A stretch of 64,000 nucleotides of DNA from Devosia sp. (lineage in GTDB: Bacteria; Pseudomonadota; Alphaproteobacteria; Rhizobiales; Devosiaceae), in the NCBI RefSeq assembly GCF_025809055.1, contig NZ_CP075529.1, positions 349,011 through 413,010 of the forward strand. The letters run 5' to 3'. Made by a program: the position numbers and the translations under genes. The notes beneath the pieces are model-generated. The model did not search any database and was not told the origin of the DNA. It saw nothing but the letters and a program-made list of their open reading frames with translations. Each line of letters opens with the position of its first letter. Position 1 is the stretch's first letter. Of the stretch, positions 54,267 through 63,959 are shown in pieces.

Positions 54267-54313
54267 CCCCATTTTGCGTTGATCCTGTGAGGAAAATTCC
54301 CCGCAGGCGGTTT

Positions 54314-54790
54314 TCAACAGCCCGAAAAGGTCACCGGTCCACGATAACTGCGCGGCCGGTCGCGCACATCCACGTGAATGAAGTTGCGGCCCGGATAGCA
54401 GCCCAGCCCCCCGACGCCGTCCACGGTGCGGGCAAAGGCGATCAATTGCTCCTTGGGCACGCCGGGAATGTAGAAATCGGCGGCCATGCACTTGGTGTGA
54501 TAGGAGTTTTCGGCGCCGCCGGCCTGGGCATTGTGGAAGGCGTTGCGATAGCCCGAATTCATGATGATCTTCTTGCCGAACCGCCCCTCGAACTCCCAGA
54601 TCACGAAACGCAGCTTTGGCGAGATGCACAGCGCATTGACATTCTTCGAGCTGACAAAGGTGCCCCAGTCCTGCCGGACGCCGGAATAGCCTGATCCGCT
54701 GCTGCTGGCGAACATGGCCATGGGCACGCAACCGGCCAGGGCTGCGGCACAGAGGCAGATGGCCGCGATGCGGCGGACGAGGTGTGACAT
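54314..54790 (-). CDS. Peptidase M15A / DUF882 (YcbK-like) cell-wall metallopeptidase lipoprotein
   Basis: Lipobox LAGC, then MNSGYRNAFHNAQAGGAENSYHTKCMAADF and GLGCYPGRNFIHVDVRDRP. Confidence 0.75.
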   Translation of the reverse strand: MSHLVRRIAAICLCAAALAGCVPMAMFASSSGSGYSGVRQDWGTFVSSKNVNALCISPKLRFVIWEFEGRFGKKIIMNSGYRNAFHNAQAGGAENSYHTKCMAADFYIPGVPKEQLIAFARTVDGVGGLGCYPGRNFIHVDVRDRPRSYRGPVTFSGC

Positions 54791-54987
54791 GGCGACCTTC
54801 CCGGGGCCGCTGTTACGCGGGCGCAACAGGCAATGGGCGATTGGGTTCGGTCGTTAAAATTAGAGCGTTTTCGCTAACCCCGGCCTAAGCAACACGGTTA
54901 CCGCCCCCTTAACTCTCGCCTTTTGCATGGCAGGGAGCAGACGGCTCAGTCGCACCCCTAAATTCCGGGTGCAACCCTTCAATCACG

Positions 54988-55016
54988 CAGTCATCCCCGC
55001 GAAAGCGGGGACCTCC
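54988..55016. repeat. Family A REP-like unit
   Basis: GTCATCCCCGCGAAAGCGGGGACCTCC is identical to 20679-20705. Confidence 0.8.
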
Positions 55017-55087
55017 GTTTGCTTTTCAAGTTTCCAGGTCAGTGGCGCCAGCGAACGTCAAATGCACCAGCACCCCCCACACCCCGA

Positions 55088-55115
55088 TTGTCACCCCGGC
55101 AAAGGCCGGGGCCCA
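55088..55115. repeat. Family A REP-like variant (CCCCGGC-AAAG-GCCGGGG)
   Basis: 7-bp stem with the GTCA 5' flank. Confidence 0.7.
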
Positions 55116-55209
55116 TCATGAGATGCCAAGGCGGATCCCGGCGCGCGTCACCAACCACCCACGCTCCCGGCTCAACCTATCGGTCAAGCCACCCGGCGCA
55201 GAAAAATCC

Positions 55210-55626
55210 TCACCAGCTGCCGGTGTTTGGCATCGAGGCCCAGGGTTCCTTGGGGGCCAGGTGCCCGTCCTGGATCAGTTCGACCGAAATCCCGTCCGGG
55301 GAGCGCACAAAGGCCATGTGGCCGTCGCGGGGCGGGCGGTTGATGGTGACGCCCATGTCCTGCAGGTGCTGGCACAGCGCGTAGATATCCTGCACCCGAT
55401 AGGCCAGGTGCCCGAAATTGCGGCCGCCCGTATAGGTTTCCGGGTCCCAGTTATAGGTCAGTTCGACCTCGCCGCCCGCATCGCCCGGGGCGCGCAGGAA
55501 GATCAGGGTGAAGCGGCCCTTTTCGTTCTCGGTGCGGCGCACTTCCTCAAGGCCCAGGCCCTCGCAGTAAAAGCGCAGGCTGTCCTCGACATTGGTGACG
55601 CGGACCATGGTGTGCAGATACTTCAT
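55210..55626 (-). CDS. gloA: Lactoylglutathione lyase (glyoxalase I)
   Basis: MKYLHTMVRVTNVEDSLRFY ... VELTYNWD ... FGHLAYRV ... PDGISVELIQ is colinear with E. coli GloA motifs. Confidence 0.8.
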   Translation of the reverse strand: MKYLHTMVRVTNVEDSLRFYCEGLGLEEVRRTENEKGRFTLIFLRAPGDAGGEVELTYNWDPETYTGGRNFGHLAYRVQDIYALCQHLQDMGVTINRPPRDGHMAFVRSPDGISVELIQDGHLAPKEPWASMPNTGSW

Positions 55627-55832
55627 TTCACTCTCCCTGCGATGTCGTGGCACCGGCCTAACAGGGCGCTGGCCAGGCGTCCAGCCTGCGCCGCCGGCCG
55701 GTTTTTCGGCAATCCATCGACGCGGAGAGAAAATCGCAACACCTTCTTAACTTTTGGCGTTGAATCGGCCAGACTGATTTGATCATGTGAAGCGTACCCG
55801 CAACGACGGGCGAGTGAAAAAGGCGTTGGAAT

Positions 55833-56453
55833 ATGGGGGCCAAGGTCACCGGCGAGGGCAGCGAATCGGAGCGTTCATCCGACATGGGTGAGGGCGCGCG
55901 TGCCCATGACCAGGACGCTCAGTCCCAGTCCGGTGTCGACACCATCGAGATCGCCGGCGCGATCAAGTGGTTCGATGCGGGCAAGGGCTTTGGCTTCATT
56001 GTTCCCGACAATGGCATGCCCGATGTGCTGCTGCACGTGACCTGCCTGCGCCGCGATGGCTACCAGACCGCCTATGAGGGCGCGCGCATTGTCGTCGAGG
56101 CACTCAATCGTCCCGGCGGGCTCCAGGCCTTCCGCATCGTCTCCATGGACGAATCCACCGCCCGCCATCCATCGCAGATGCCGGCCCCGCGCACCCATGT
56201 CACCGTCGAGCCGACCTCCGGCATGGTGCGGCTCGAGGTCAAGTGGTTCAACCGCATTCGCGGCTTCGGTTTCCTCTCCGAGGGCGAAGGCCAGCCTGAC
56301 GTTTTCGTCCACATGGAAACGCTGCGCCGTTTCGGCATCACCGAACTGCGTCCCGGCCAGCATGTTCTGGTTCGCTACGGGCAGGGTCCAAAAGGCCTCA
56401 TGGTCGCCGAAATTCGCCCCGATGGTTGGGGCGATGCGCCCTCGTCGCACTAA
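55833..56453 (+). CDS. Cold-shock-domain protein with two tandem CSDs
   Basis: Two RNP1-like motifs, KWFDAGKGFGFI and KWFNRIRGFGFL, with the RNP2-like motifs VLLHV and VFVHM. The start is uncertain (55833 or 55884). Confidence 0.8.
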   Translation: MGAKVTGEGSESERSSDMGEGARAHDQDAQSQSGVDTIEIAGAIKWFDAGKGFGFIVPDNGMPDVLLHVTCLRRDGYQTAYEGARIVVEALNRPGGLQAFRIVSMDESTARHPSQMPAPRTHVTVEPTSGMVRLEVKWFNRIRGFGFLSEGEGQPDVFVHMETLRRFGITELRPGQHVLVRYGQGPKGLMVAEIRPDGWGDAPSSH

Positions 56454-56477
56454 TTCCATTCGAAAGGCCGTTCGGCC

Positions 56478-56975
56478 GTGCCAAATGCTATCAGTCTGCT
56501 AACGCCTACGCCCTCAATGCGACGCCATGCGCGCAACCTGGCGGCGGTTTTCGTCGCCGGCATGGTCAGCCTGCCGCTGGCCGCCTGCAGCGATGACGGG
56601 CAGTTGACGCTGCACACGCAGGCCGGTGACCACGCCATTTCCGTAGAGGTCGTCGATACACCTGAGACCCGCGCCAAGGGCCTGATGTATGTGCAGGAAT
56701 TGGCGCCCGACGCAGGAATGTTGTTTGATTTCAAGGAGGAACGGCTCGTTTCCTTCTGGATGCGCAACACCTTCATTCCGCTCGACATGATCTTCATCGC
56801 TGCCGATGGCACCGTGCGCAACATTCACGTCAACGCCCGCCCGCACGATGACACCTCGATTCCCTCGGGCGCGCCGGTCCAGTTCGTGTTGGAAATCCCC
56901 GGCGGCCGCTCGGAAGAGCTAGGTTTGGAAGTCGGCGACACGGTCTCGCACGATCGCATCAAGTCATTGGAATAA
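56478..56975 (+). CDS. DUF192-family protein (exported)
   Basis: TRAKGLMYVQELAPDAGMLFDF...FWMRNTFIPLDMIFI. Signal or lipobox LAAC. Confidence 0.7.
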   Translation: MPNAISLLTPTPSMRRHARNLAAVFVAGMVSLPLAACSDDGQLTLHTQAGDHAISVEVVDTPETRAKGLMYVQELAPDAGMLFDFKEERLVSFWMRNTFIPLDMIFIAADGTVRNIHVNARPHDDTSIPSGAPVQFVLEIPGGRSEELGLEVGDTVSHDRIKSLE

Positions 56976-56984
56976 AAGCGTTTT

Positions 56985-57671
56985 TCAGAGCCTTGTGATG
57001 ACCATACAGTCGATCACGGCCCACAGGTGCAGGCTGGCGCCCAGCACTACGAAGACGTGCCACAAGGCATTCTGGAATTTCAGCTTTTCCCAGAGATGGA
57101 AAATGATGCCGGCCGAATAGGTCACGCCGCCCGCCAGCACCAGCCACAGCGTGCTGGACGGCAGGACCTGGCCAAGCGATTGAAAAACAACGACTCCCGA
57201 CCAGCCGATGGCCAGATAGAGCGCGATCGCCACCCGTCCGAAACGCTCCGGAACGATCAGTTTGAGCGCGACCCCGATCAGCGAGGCCCCCCAGACCAGG
57301 CTCATCATGACAACGCCCACGGGCGACCCGCCAAGTGCCGCCAGGAATGGCGTGTAAGAGCCTGCAATGAAAAGGAAAATCGCTGCCTGGTCGAAGCGCG
57401 CCAGCAGCATTTTGATCGGCGAAACCGGCCACATGTTGTAGGCCAGCGATACGCCCAGCACGACCACCAGGGTGCCGACATAGACCAATAGCGCAGGAAA
57501 CGCTTCGGGTGCGGTCTCCATCAGCGAAATGGCCAGCAGGATCGATCCTGCCGCCACGGCTATGACCAGCCCGACAATGTGAACCGTCGCATCCGCTACG
57601 ATTTCGGCCAGCGTGAAGGGCCGGTGCTCCCGGCTCCACCACGAATAGCGCGTTTTGGACGATCCAGACAT
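56985..57671 (-). CDS. Hemolysin III / PAQR-family membrane protein
   Basis: Seven TM helices. N-terminal EIVADATVHIVG and C-terminal HLWAVIDC, giving the family's typical His pattern. Confidence 0.75.
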   Translation of the reverse strand: MSGSSKTRYSWWSREHRPFTLAEIVADATVHIVGLVIAVAAGSILLAISLMETAPEAFPALLVYVGTLVVVLGVSLAYNMWPVSPIKMLLARFDQAAIFLFIAGSYTPFLAALGGSPVGVVMMSLVWGASLIGVALKLIVPERFGRVAIALYLAIGWSGVVVFQSLGQVLPSSTLWLVLAGGVTYSAGIIFHLWEKLKFQNALWHVFVVLGASLHLWAVIDCMVITRL

Positions 57672-57836
57672 TGCATACCCCTTTGCGCATCATCCTGGGG
57701 CAGGGGTGTGACCAGATTATTGCCGAAACAGGCAAACTGCCCACATCGTGAAAGACCGTCAAACATTCCTGGTGAACAGACCATTTCCCGCCGCCACGCC
57801 TCTTGACGCGCAGGCACGGCGTTACTTTAACAGGCT

Positions 57837-58304
57837 GTGATGAGCCGAAAAATCAAACCGCCGATCGAGATCTATTCCGCCCTGGCCGACGCATCCCGTT
57901 GTCGGATCATCGAGATTTTGCTCGCCGGACCGCTGCCCGTTCATGCACTCGCCGACGCGTTCGCCATCAGCCGCCCGGCCATTTCGCGGCACCTGCGCGT
58001 GCTGAAATCGGCCGGTCTCGTTGCCGAGGTCAAGAAGGGTCGGGAAAACCTCTATGCGCTGAAACCCCGCCGGCTAGGCCGGTCCACGGACTGGATCGAC
58101 AAGGTCGCCGGGAGTCCGGCCCCCACCGAGCAGGCACTAGTTGAAGCCGCCCTGTCCTCTTCCGCCTTGGCCGTGGAGTCAATCGAGACCACGTCCGATG
58201 ACCGCAGGGTCACCACGGCTGCGGCAATCGCTGTCGACGCAGAAAAGGCCGTTCCGCGCGCCCGGAAAATCGCGCCGGTCAATCAGATGGGCTTTGATTT
58301 TTAG
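57837..58304 (+). CDS. ArsR/SmtB-family transcriptional regulator with a C-terminal extension of about 65 aa
   Basis: LADASRCRIIEILLAGPLPVHALADAFAISRPAISRHLRVLKSAGLV. Confidence 0.8.
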   Translation: MMSRKIKPPIEIYSALADASRCRIIEILLAGPLPVHALADAFAISRPAISRHLRVLKSAGLVAEVKKGRENLYALKPRRLGRSTDWIDKVAGSPAPTEQALVEAALSSSALAVESIETTSDDRRVTTAAAIAVDAEKAVPRARKIAPVNQMGFDF

Positions 58305-58320
58305 AGCCTTTCGGCTCTGC

Positions 58321-58395
58321 CCCCTTCACCTCCCCCTCGAAGGGGGAGGTAGCGACGCTCGGCCTGAAGGGCCGTAGCAAAGCTGGGTGGGGGTG
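58321..58395. repeat. G-rich repeat, family B (long form)
   Basis: CCTCCCCCT-CGA-AGGGGGAGG hairpin, then ...GCTGGGTGGGGGTGA. The architecture matches 18755-18790. Confidence 0.7.
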
Positions 58396-58526
58396 ATTGC
58401 GGCCCTGGTATTCGGACCCTCACAGTCGCATCTCTCCAAGAATTGCGGAACGGCGCCGGCGGCTATCCGGTTCGTGCATGATGTAATCTTGGAAACGCGT
58501 TGTGAAACAATCCGAACGCAAAAAAT

Positions 58527-59285
58527 CTAAAGCAGCGGCGCCGGAGTCAGGTCCAGCGTAACAGGCTGTTTGTCGCGCTTCGGAAACATGGCCGAGACCA
58601 GCTTGTCAAAGTCGGCCGCGGTCCACATGACCTGCGAAGCGTGAAGCTGCGCCTGGCGCGCGCCACTGGCGGCGCGGGGGCCCAGGGCAAACGGCCGGAT
58701 CGGGCGGCCCACCACATCGCTCGCTGCCAGCGCCGCCGAAATGTCCTTGCGCTGATCGCCGATGTACCAGATCACGTCATTGGCCCGCAGGTTGCGGCCA
58801 ATGCTCTGCAGGCTGGCGACGAGAGAATCCGGCGATGGCTTGCCGCGCGAGACATCCTCGCGGAACACGAGGCTGTTGAAGAACCGGCGCAGATCGAACG
58901 TTTCAACCACATCGTGGCCATAGCCGCGCCCCAGCCCATTGCTCACGAGACCGAGCAACACGCCTTCGGCGGCCAGCCGCTCCAGCACCGAGCGCATGGT
59001 GGCGCAGGGCTGAAGCATCTGCGCGACGCTTTTGCGCCGAAACCTGTGGATGATCCTGTGGACAACCAGGCGCGGCGGAGACTTGCGCGTCGCCCGGGTC
59101 TGCCGGCGCAGCAGTCGAAAGCGCGCCACCAGCCGCACGGCCCCGTGCGAAAGGTCGTCCAGCATTTCCAGCGTCTGCAGCACGCGCGGATTGACGTGGT
59201 GCACCAATGTCCCATCGAGGTCGAAGAGAACGATGGTGGGTCGTTTCGCGGAATCAGCCAGTGGTGTGCCCCCAATTGCTGCCAT
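58527..59285 (-). CDS. HAD-superfamily hydrolase
   Basis: Motif I VLFDLDGTL, motif II LVSNG, motif III/IV YIGDQRKD. An unusual Arg-rich insert follows motif I. Confidence 0.7.
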   Translation of the reverse strand: MAAIGGTPLADSAKRPTIVLFDLDGTLVHHVNPRVLQTLEMLDDLSHGAVRLVARFRLLRRQTRATRKSPPRLVVHRIIHRFRRKSVAQMLQPCATMRSVLERLAAEGVLLGLVSNGLGRGYGHDVVETFDLRRFFNSLVFREDVSRGKPSPDSLVASLQSIGRNLRANDVIWYIGDQRKDISAALAASDVVGRPIRPFALGPRAASGARQAQLHASQVMWTAADFDKLVSAMFPKRDKQPVTLDLTPAPLL

Positions 59286-59354
59286 ACATTGGTCCAGATC
59301 AGGTGGCCGTTCAAGTCAGCGGCTAATTCCGCCTGGTCAACCCTTCGGGAGGAC

Positions 59355-59431
59355 TGGCGATCCCGACAGGATTCGAACCTGTGACCAACAGCTTAGAAGG
59401 CTGCTGCTCTATCCAGCTGAGCTACGGGACC
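59355..59431 (-). tRNA. tRNA-Arg (anticodon UCU)
   Basis: Reverse complement GGTCCCGTAGCTCAGCTGGATAGAGCAGCAGCCTTCTAAGCTGTTGGTCACAGGTTCGAATCCTGTCGGGATCGCCA. Anticodon loop CTTCTAA. Confidence 0.85.
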
Positions 59432-59493
59432 GCGACGACGGGGTGTTTACAGCATTCTTGCGGAAAAAACACCCGGCCCAGGCCCGGCCGGGC

Positions 59494-60528
59494 TCACGGG
59501 GCAGGGGGTGCCGTGCTGGAGCGCACGATCAGCTCGGAATTGAGTACGATCCGAAGCGGGCTGATATCGGTGCTGCTGCCGTCCAGCAGGTCCATCAGGG
59601 CAGAGGCGGCAATACGGCCCAGGGCTTCGCGGGGCTGCCGCATGGTGGTCAGCGGCGGCGCGAAATGCGGCGCGACCGCCAGATCGTCGAAGCCGATGAC
59701 CGACACGTCATCGGGACAGCGCACACCGTGCTGGCGCAGCCCGGACAGGAAGCCGATCGCCGATTCGTCATTGGCCGCAAAGATTGCGGTCGGCCGCTGC
59801 GGCTGGGCGAGGAAACGCGATGCGGCGGCAAAGCCGCTTTCCATGTCGAAATTGCCCTTCAGTACCCATTCGGGCCGGAACGCCAGGCCGTACTGATCGA
59901 GCATGGCCTTGAACCCGGCCAGACGCTCTCGCGCAATGATATTGGCTTCAGGGCCCAAAAGATGCCCGATGTCCCGGTGCCCCAACTCGATCAGATGCCG
60001 GGTTGCGCGCTCGGCCGCCCGCATATTGTCGGTGACCACGGTATGGAAGCCCGAGGCGGGGATTTCCTCGCAGGCGACAACCAGCGGGATGGCATTTGGC
60101 ATATTGGACAGTGATCTCAGGCGCAGGGCATCGACCGATCCATCCAGCAGAAGCAGGCCATCGGCCCGGTTGGACAGCAGATATTCCTGCAGGCGGGAAA
60201 TCGGCTGGTGACCCAGATGTAGGTTCGCGACCAACATGCCGTAGCCGCGCAGCGTCGCCTCGCGCTCCACGGAATCCAGGATGGTGGAGAAGAAGGAATT
60301 GCGCATGTCCGGAAGCGCCACGACGATGGTCCTGGTGCTTTTTTGTCTTAGGGACCGCGCGGCCTGATTGATCGTGTAACCCGTTACACGCACCGCCTCC
60401 GAGACGCGCTCTCGCGTGGCATCACTGACCCTGTTGGGGGTGGAGAGGGCGCGGCTCACAGTTGCAGTGGAGACTTGCGCGAATCGCGCAACGTCCTGAA
60501 TTGTCGGATGTTTTCGTTCCTGAACCAC
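59494..60528 (-). CDS. LacI-family transcriptional regulator
   Basis: HTH TIQDVARFAQVSTATVSRALS and a periplasmic-binding-protein-like effector domain. Confidence 0.88.
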   Translation of the reverse strand: MVQERKHPTIQDVARFAQVSTATVSRALSTPNRVSDATRERVSEAVRVTGYTINQAARSLRQKSTRTIVVALPDMRNSFFSTILDSVEREATLRGYGMLVANLHLGHQPISRLQEYLLSNRADGLLLLDGSVDALRLRSLSNMPNAIPLVVACEEIPASGFHTVVTDNMRAAERATRHLIELGHRDIGHLLGPEANIIARERLAGFKAMLDQYGLAFRPEWVLKGNFDMESGFAAASRFLAQPQRPTAIFAANDESAIGFLSGLRQHGVRCPDDVSVIGFDDLAVAPHFAPPLTTMRQPREALGRIAASALMDLLDGSSTDISPLRIVLNSELIVRSSTAPPAP

Positions 60529-60612
60529 GGCTGGCAGCGCCCCCTCTCGCTGTCAGATGTTCACTTGATCTAAAACGATCTTGACATCTGCGCAAGACGT
60601 GTATGAAACTCC

Positions 60613-60626
60613 TGAAATCGATTGCA
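60613..60626. promoter_or_regulatory. LacI-type operator 1
   Basis: TGAAATCGATTGCA: 6 of 7 palindromic positions, fitting the TGnAAnCGnTTnCA pattern. Confidence 0.55.
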
Positions 60627-60647
60627 TAAGGTCTGTGATCAGTCAGA

Positions 60648-60661
60648 TGCAATCGATTACA
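60648..60661. promoter_or_regulatory. LacI-type operator 2
   Basis: TGCAATCGATTACA. The centre lies 35 bp from operator 1. Confidence 0.55.
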
Positions 60662-60750
60662 TGCAGTTGCGCAATGCACCCAGGTTGGGGCAGGATTGCG
60701 CTGACTGCAACGCTGGGGCTCTGCCCCTTGTGTTCGTTGGGAGGACAATT

Positions 60751-61989
60751 ATGAAAAAGTTTGCAGTGGTTGCCGCAATGGCGACCGCTTTCATGGGTTC
60801 CACTGCCTACGCAGCCGAACTCGAAGTGACCCACTGGTGGACTTCGGCTGGTGAAGCCGCGGCCATCGCCGAATTCGCCAAGGTCTTCGAAGAAGAAACC
60901 GGCAATACCTGGGTCGATAGCGCGCTTGCCGGTTCCGGCACGGGTGCTAACCCGGTGATCATCAGCCGTATCATCGGCGGCGATCCGATGGGCGCCACCC
61001 AGATGAATACCGGCCGCGACGCCGAAGAACTCATCCAGGCCGGCCTCATGCGCGACCTGACCGAGATCGTCGGTGACATGAACATCGACGAGTTCTATGT
61101 CGACCAGTCGCTGCTCGAGCCCTGCCGCTACGAAGGTGGTCTCTACTGTCTGCCGATCAACATCCACTCCTGGGACTGGCTATGGCTCTCCACTGCCGCC
61201 TACGAGAAGATCGGTCAGCCCGTTCCCACCAACTGGGACGAATACGTAGCCTCCTGGCCTGCTCTGCAGGAAGCCGGCATCCTGCCCTTCGGTCTGGCGA
61301 CCGGCTGGCCGATCTCCGGCGTCCCGGGCGTTCTGATGTCCGGCCTGGGTGGCAGCGATCTCGTGCTCGCCATCAACCGCGACAAGAGCGCCGATGCCGT
61401 TCGCGGCGAAGAGTTCCGCAAGGTTGCGGAAGCCATGGACAACCTCCGTTCGGTCATCTCGCCCGAAATGATGGTTCCGTCCTTCGGTGACGTCGGCAAC
61501 CAGATGCTTGAAGGCACTGCAGCCGGCAACATCCACGGCGACTGGCTCCAGGGTGACCTGCAGATCGCTGGCGGCGTCCCCGGTGAAAACTACGAGTGTC
61601 TCCCGGCCCTCGGCCTCGGCGACCAGCTGACCGGTGGCGGTGACTCGTTCTACTTCCCGGTCCTGCCCGAAGGCACCGACCCGGCTGTGATCGAAGCTCA
61701 GGAACAGCTCGCACGTATCCTGATCTCGCCTGAAGCCCAGCTCAAGTTCAACCTTGTGAAGGGTTCCATGCCGATCCGTACGGACATCGACCTGTCGCAG
61801 GCCAACCCCTGCATGCAGAAGGCTCTCGGCATGCTCGAGAACGGCCTGCTGCCCTCCGGCGACTTCGCTCTGTCTTCCGATACCCAGCAGCAGCTGCAGG
61901 ATCTGAACACCGAGTTCATCGCCGACGACAGCATCACCGTCGATGACTATGTCGAGCGCTATGCCTCGATCATCGAGTCGGCTGACTAA
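60751..61989 (+). CDS. Carbohydrate ABC transporter substrate-binding protein (family 1)
   Basis: Signal peptide MKKFAVVAAMATAFMGSTAYA, then ELEVTHWWTS. The ATG follows GGGAGGA. Confidence 0.85.
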   Translation: MKKFAVVAAMATAFMGSTAYAAELEVTHWWTSAGEAAAIAEFAKVFEEETGNTWVDSALAGSGTGANPVIISRIIGGDPMGATQMNTGRDAEELIQAGLMRDLTEIVGDMNIDEFYVDQSLLEPCRYEGGLYCLPINIHSWDWLWLSTAAYEKIGQPVPTNWDEYVASWPALQEAGILPFGLATGWPISGVPGVLMSGLGGSDLVLAINRDKSADAVRGEEFRKVAEAMDNLRSVISPEMMVPSFGDVGNQMLEGTAAGNIHGDWLQGDLQIAGGVPGENYECLPALGLGDQLTGGGDSFYFPVLPEGTDPAVIEAQEQLARILISPEAQLKFNLVKGSMPIRTDIDLSQANPCMQKALGMLENGLLPSGDFALSSDTQQQLQDLNTEFIADDSITVDDYVERYASIIESAD

Positions 61990-62084
61990 GCCTTGCTTCT
62001 GCCGGGCGGGAGTTCGCTCCCGCCCATGGAAAATCGTGGTCGGCCTTGCTCTACAAGGTCGGCCACTTTCTCTTGGAGAGATAC

Positions 62085-63026
62085 ATGGCGGACACTGCCG
62101 CTCCCCTTGAGGCGAGTGCCGATGCGGCCCAGCGGCCCGGCCTGCTTCAGAAAATCTTCCTGCACAACCTGTCCGCCAAGGTAGCGGCTCTGCCAATGGT
62201 CGTGACAGTCCTGGTGGTTTTCATCGGCTGTACGATCTGGACGGTCTATTATTCCTTCACCAATTCCAGGCTGCTGCCGACCGGCAAGTTTGTCGGCTTC
62301 GACCAGTATGAGCGCCTGTTCGCCACCTCGCGCTGGAATGTGTCGGTGTGGAACCTGGTCGCCTACGGCTCGATGTCCCTGGTGATCACACTCGTCGTCG
62401 GTTTCCTGCTGGCGGTGCTGATCGATCAGAAGATCCGCTTCGAAAGTGCCTTCCGCACCATAATGCTCTATCCCTTCGCCCTTAGTTTCATCGTGACGGG
62501 TCTGGTCTGGCAGTGGATCATGAACCCCACCCTGGGTCTGCAGGGCACGCTGCGCAATCTGGGCTGGGAGAATTTCACCTTCGACTGGATCGCCAATCCG
62601 CGCATGGTGCTCTTTGCGCTGCTGATTGCCGGCCTGTGGCAGGGCACCGGCTTCTGCATGGTGCTGATGCTCGCCGGCCTGCGGGGCGTTGACGAGGAAG
62701 TCTGGAAAGCCGCCCGCGTGGACGGCATCCCTACCTGGCGCACCTATATTTCCATCGTCCTTCCGATGATGCGCGGCGTCCTGATCACGGCCATCGTGAT
62801 CCTCGGCTCCGGCATCGTGCGTCTGTACGATCTGGTGGTCGCGCTCACCAATGGCGGGCCGGGCATATCGTCCGAAGTACCGGCCAAATACGTCTTCAAC
62901 TACATGTTCTCGGGCGGCAATATCGGTCAGGGCCTGGCCGGCGCCACGATGATGCTGCTCACTGTTCTGATCATCATGATCCCGTGGGCCTATCTCGAAT
63001 TTGGCGGCAAGGGGAAACGCACATGA
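62085..63026 (+). CDS. Carbohydrate ABC transporter permease (MalF/UgpA-like)
   Basis: EAA loop region AARVDGIPTWRTYISIVLPMMRG. Confidence 0.85.
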   Translation: MADTAAPLEASADAAQRPGLLQKIFLHNLSAKVAALPMVVTVLVVFIGCTIWTVYYSFTNSRLLPTGKFVGFDQYERLFATSRWNVSVWNLVAYGSMSLVITLVVGFLLAVLIDQKIRFESAFRTIMLYPFALSFIVTGLVWQWIMNPTLGLQGTLRNLGWENFTFDWIANPRMVLFALLIAGLWQGTGFCMVLMLAGLRGVDEEVWKAARVDGIPTWRTYISIVLPMMRGVLITAIVILGSGIVRLYDLVVALTNGGPGISSEVPAKYVFNYMFSGGNIGQGLAGATMMLLTVLIIMIPWAYLEFGGKGKRT

Positions 63027-63955
63027 GCCAGACCGCTACCATGACTGGAACCGCGCCCGACGCGCCTGCCGGCACTGTCGAGGCCCGGGGTCCGCGGCCC
63101 AAGCCGTTCTTCACCCCGCGCAAGATCATCATCTATTCGATCCTGGTCTTCTTCTCGCTCTACTACCTGTTCCCGCTCTACGTCATGATCGTGACGTCGA
63201 TGAAGACCATGCCGGAAATTCGCTTCGGCAATATCTTCGCACTGCCCGAGGCCATCAACTTCGATGCCTGGGGGAGGGCCTGGAGCAGCGCCTGTACCGG
63301 CCTTACCTGCCAGGGTCTTTCGCCCGGCTTCTGGAACTCGGTGAAGATCACCATTCCGTCCACGATCGTCTCGATCTTCATTGCGGCCGTAAATGGCTAT
63401 GCACTGGTGAACTGGCGCTTCAAGGGTTCGGAAGTCTTCTTCTCCATCCTGATCTTCGGCTCGTTCATTCCCTATCAGGTTATGCTCTATCCGCTGGTGA
63501 TGATCACCCGCGACCTGGGGATTTTTGGCACTCTGCAGGCTGTCATCGTCATCCACACCATCTTCGGCATGCCCATCCTGACTCTGCTGTTCCGCAACTA
63601 CTTCGCGTCGTTGCCGCAGGAGCTGTTCAAGGCCGCGCGTGTCGATGGGGCAGGGTTCTGGCGCATTTTCTTCGAGATCATGCTGCCCATGTCGCTGCCG
63701 ATCTTCGTGGTCGCACTCATCCTGCAGGTGACCGGCATCTGGAACGACTTCCTGTTCGGCGTGGTCTTCGCCGGAACGCAGAACTATCCGATGACCGTCC
63801 AGCTCAACAATATCGTCAACTCGGCCCAGGGCACGCCCGAATACAACGTGAACATGGCCGCCACCGTACTGACTGGCCTCGTGCCGCTGGTGGTCTATTT
63901 CGTATCCGGCAAGTGGTTTGTCCGCGGCGTTGCCGCCGGTGCGGTGAAGGGATAA
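63023..63955 (+). CDS. Carbohydrate ABC transporter permease (MalG/UgpE-like)
   Basis: EAA loop AARVDGAGFWRIFFEIMLPMSLP. ATGA overlap with the previous gene. Confidence 0.85.
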   Translation: MSQTATMTGTAPDAPAGTVEARGPRPKPFFTPRKIIIYSILVFFSLYYLFPLYVMIVTSMKTMPEIRFGNIFALPEAINFDAWGRAWSSACTGLTCQGLSPGFWNSVKITIPSTIVSIFIAAVNGYALVNWRFKGSEVFFSILIFGSFIPYQVMLYPLVMITRDLGIFGTLQAVIVIHTIFGMPILTLLFRNYFASLPQELFKAARVDGAGFWRIFFEIMLPMSLPIFVVALILQVTGIWNDFLFGVVFAGTQNYPMTVQLNNIVNSAQGTPEYNVNMAATVLTGLVPLVVYFVSGKWFVRGVAAGAVKG

Positions 63956-63959
63956 CTGA

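Noticed and set aside
10851-54280. Additional TGATCC hexamers (e.g. 10851, 23383, 27056, 27264, 46841, 54271) as possible sigma-E promoters
   Set aside because: None has CGTA at a 16-nt spacing (27056 has CGAT, inside lon). Most lie inside coding regions.
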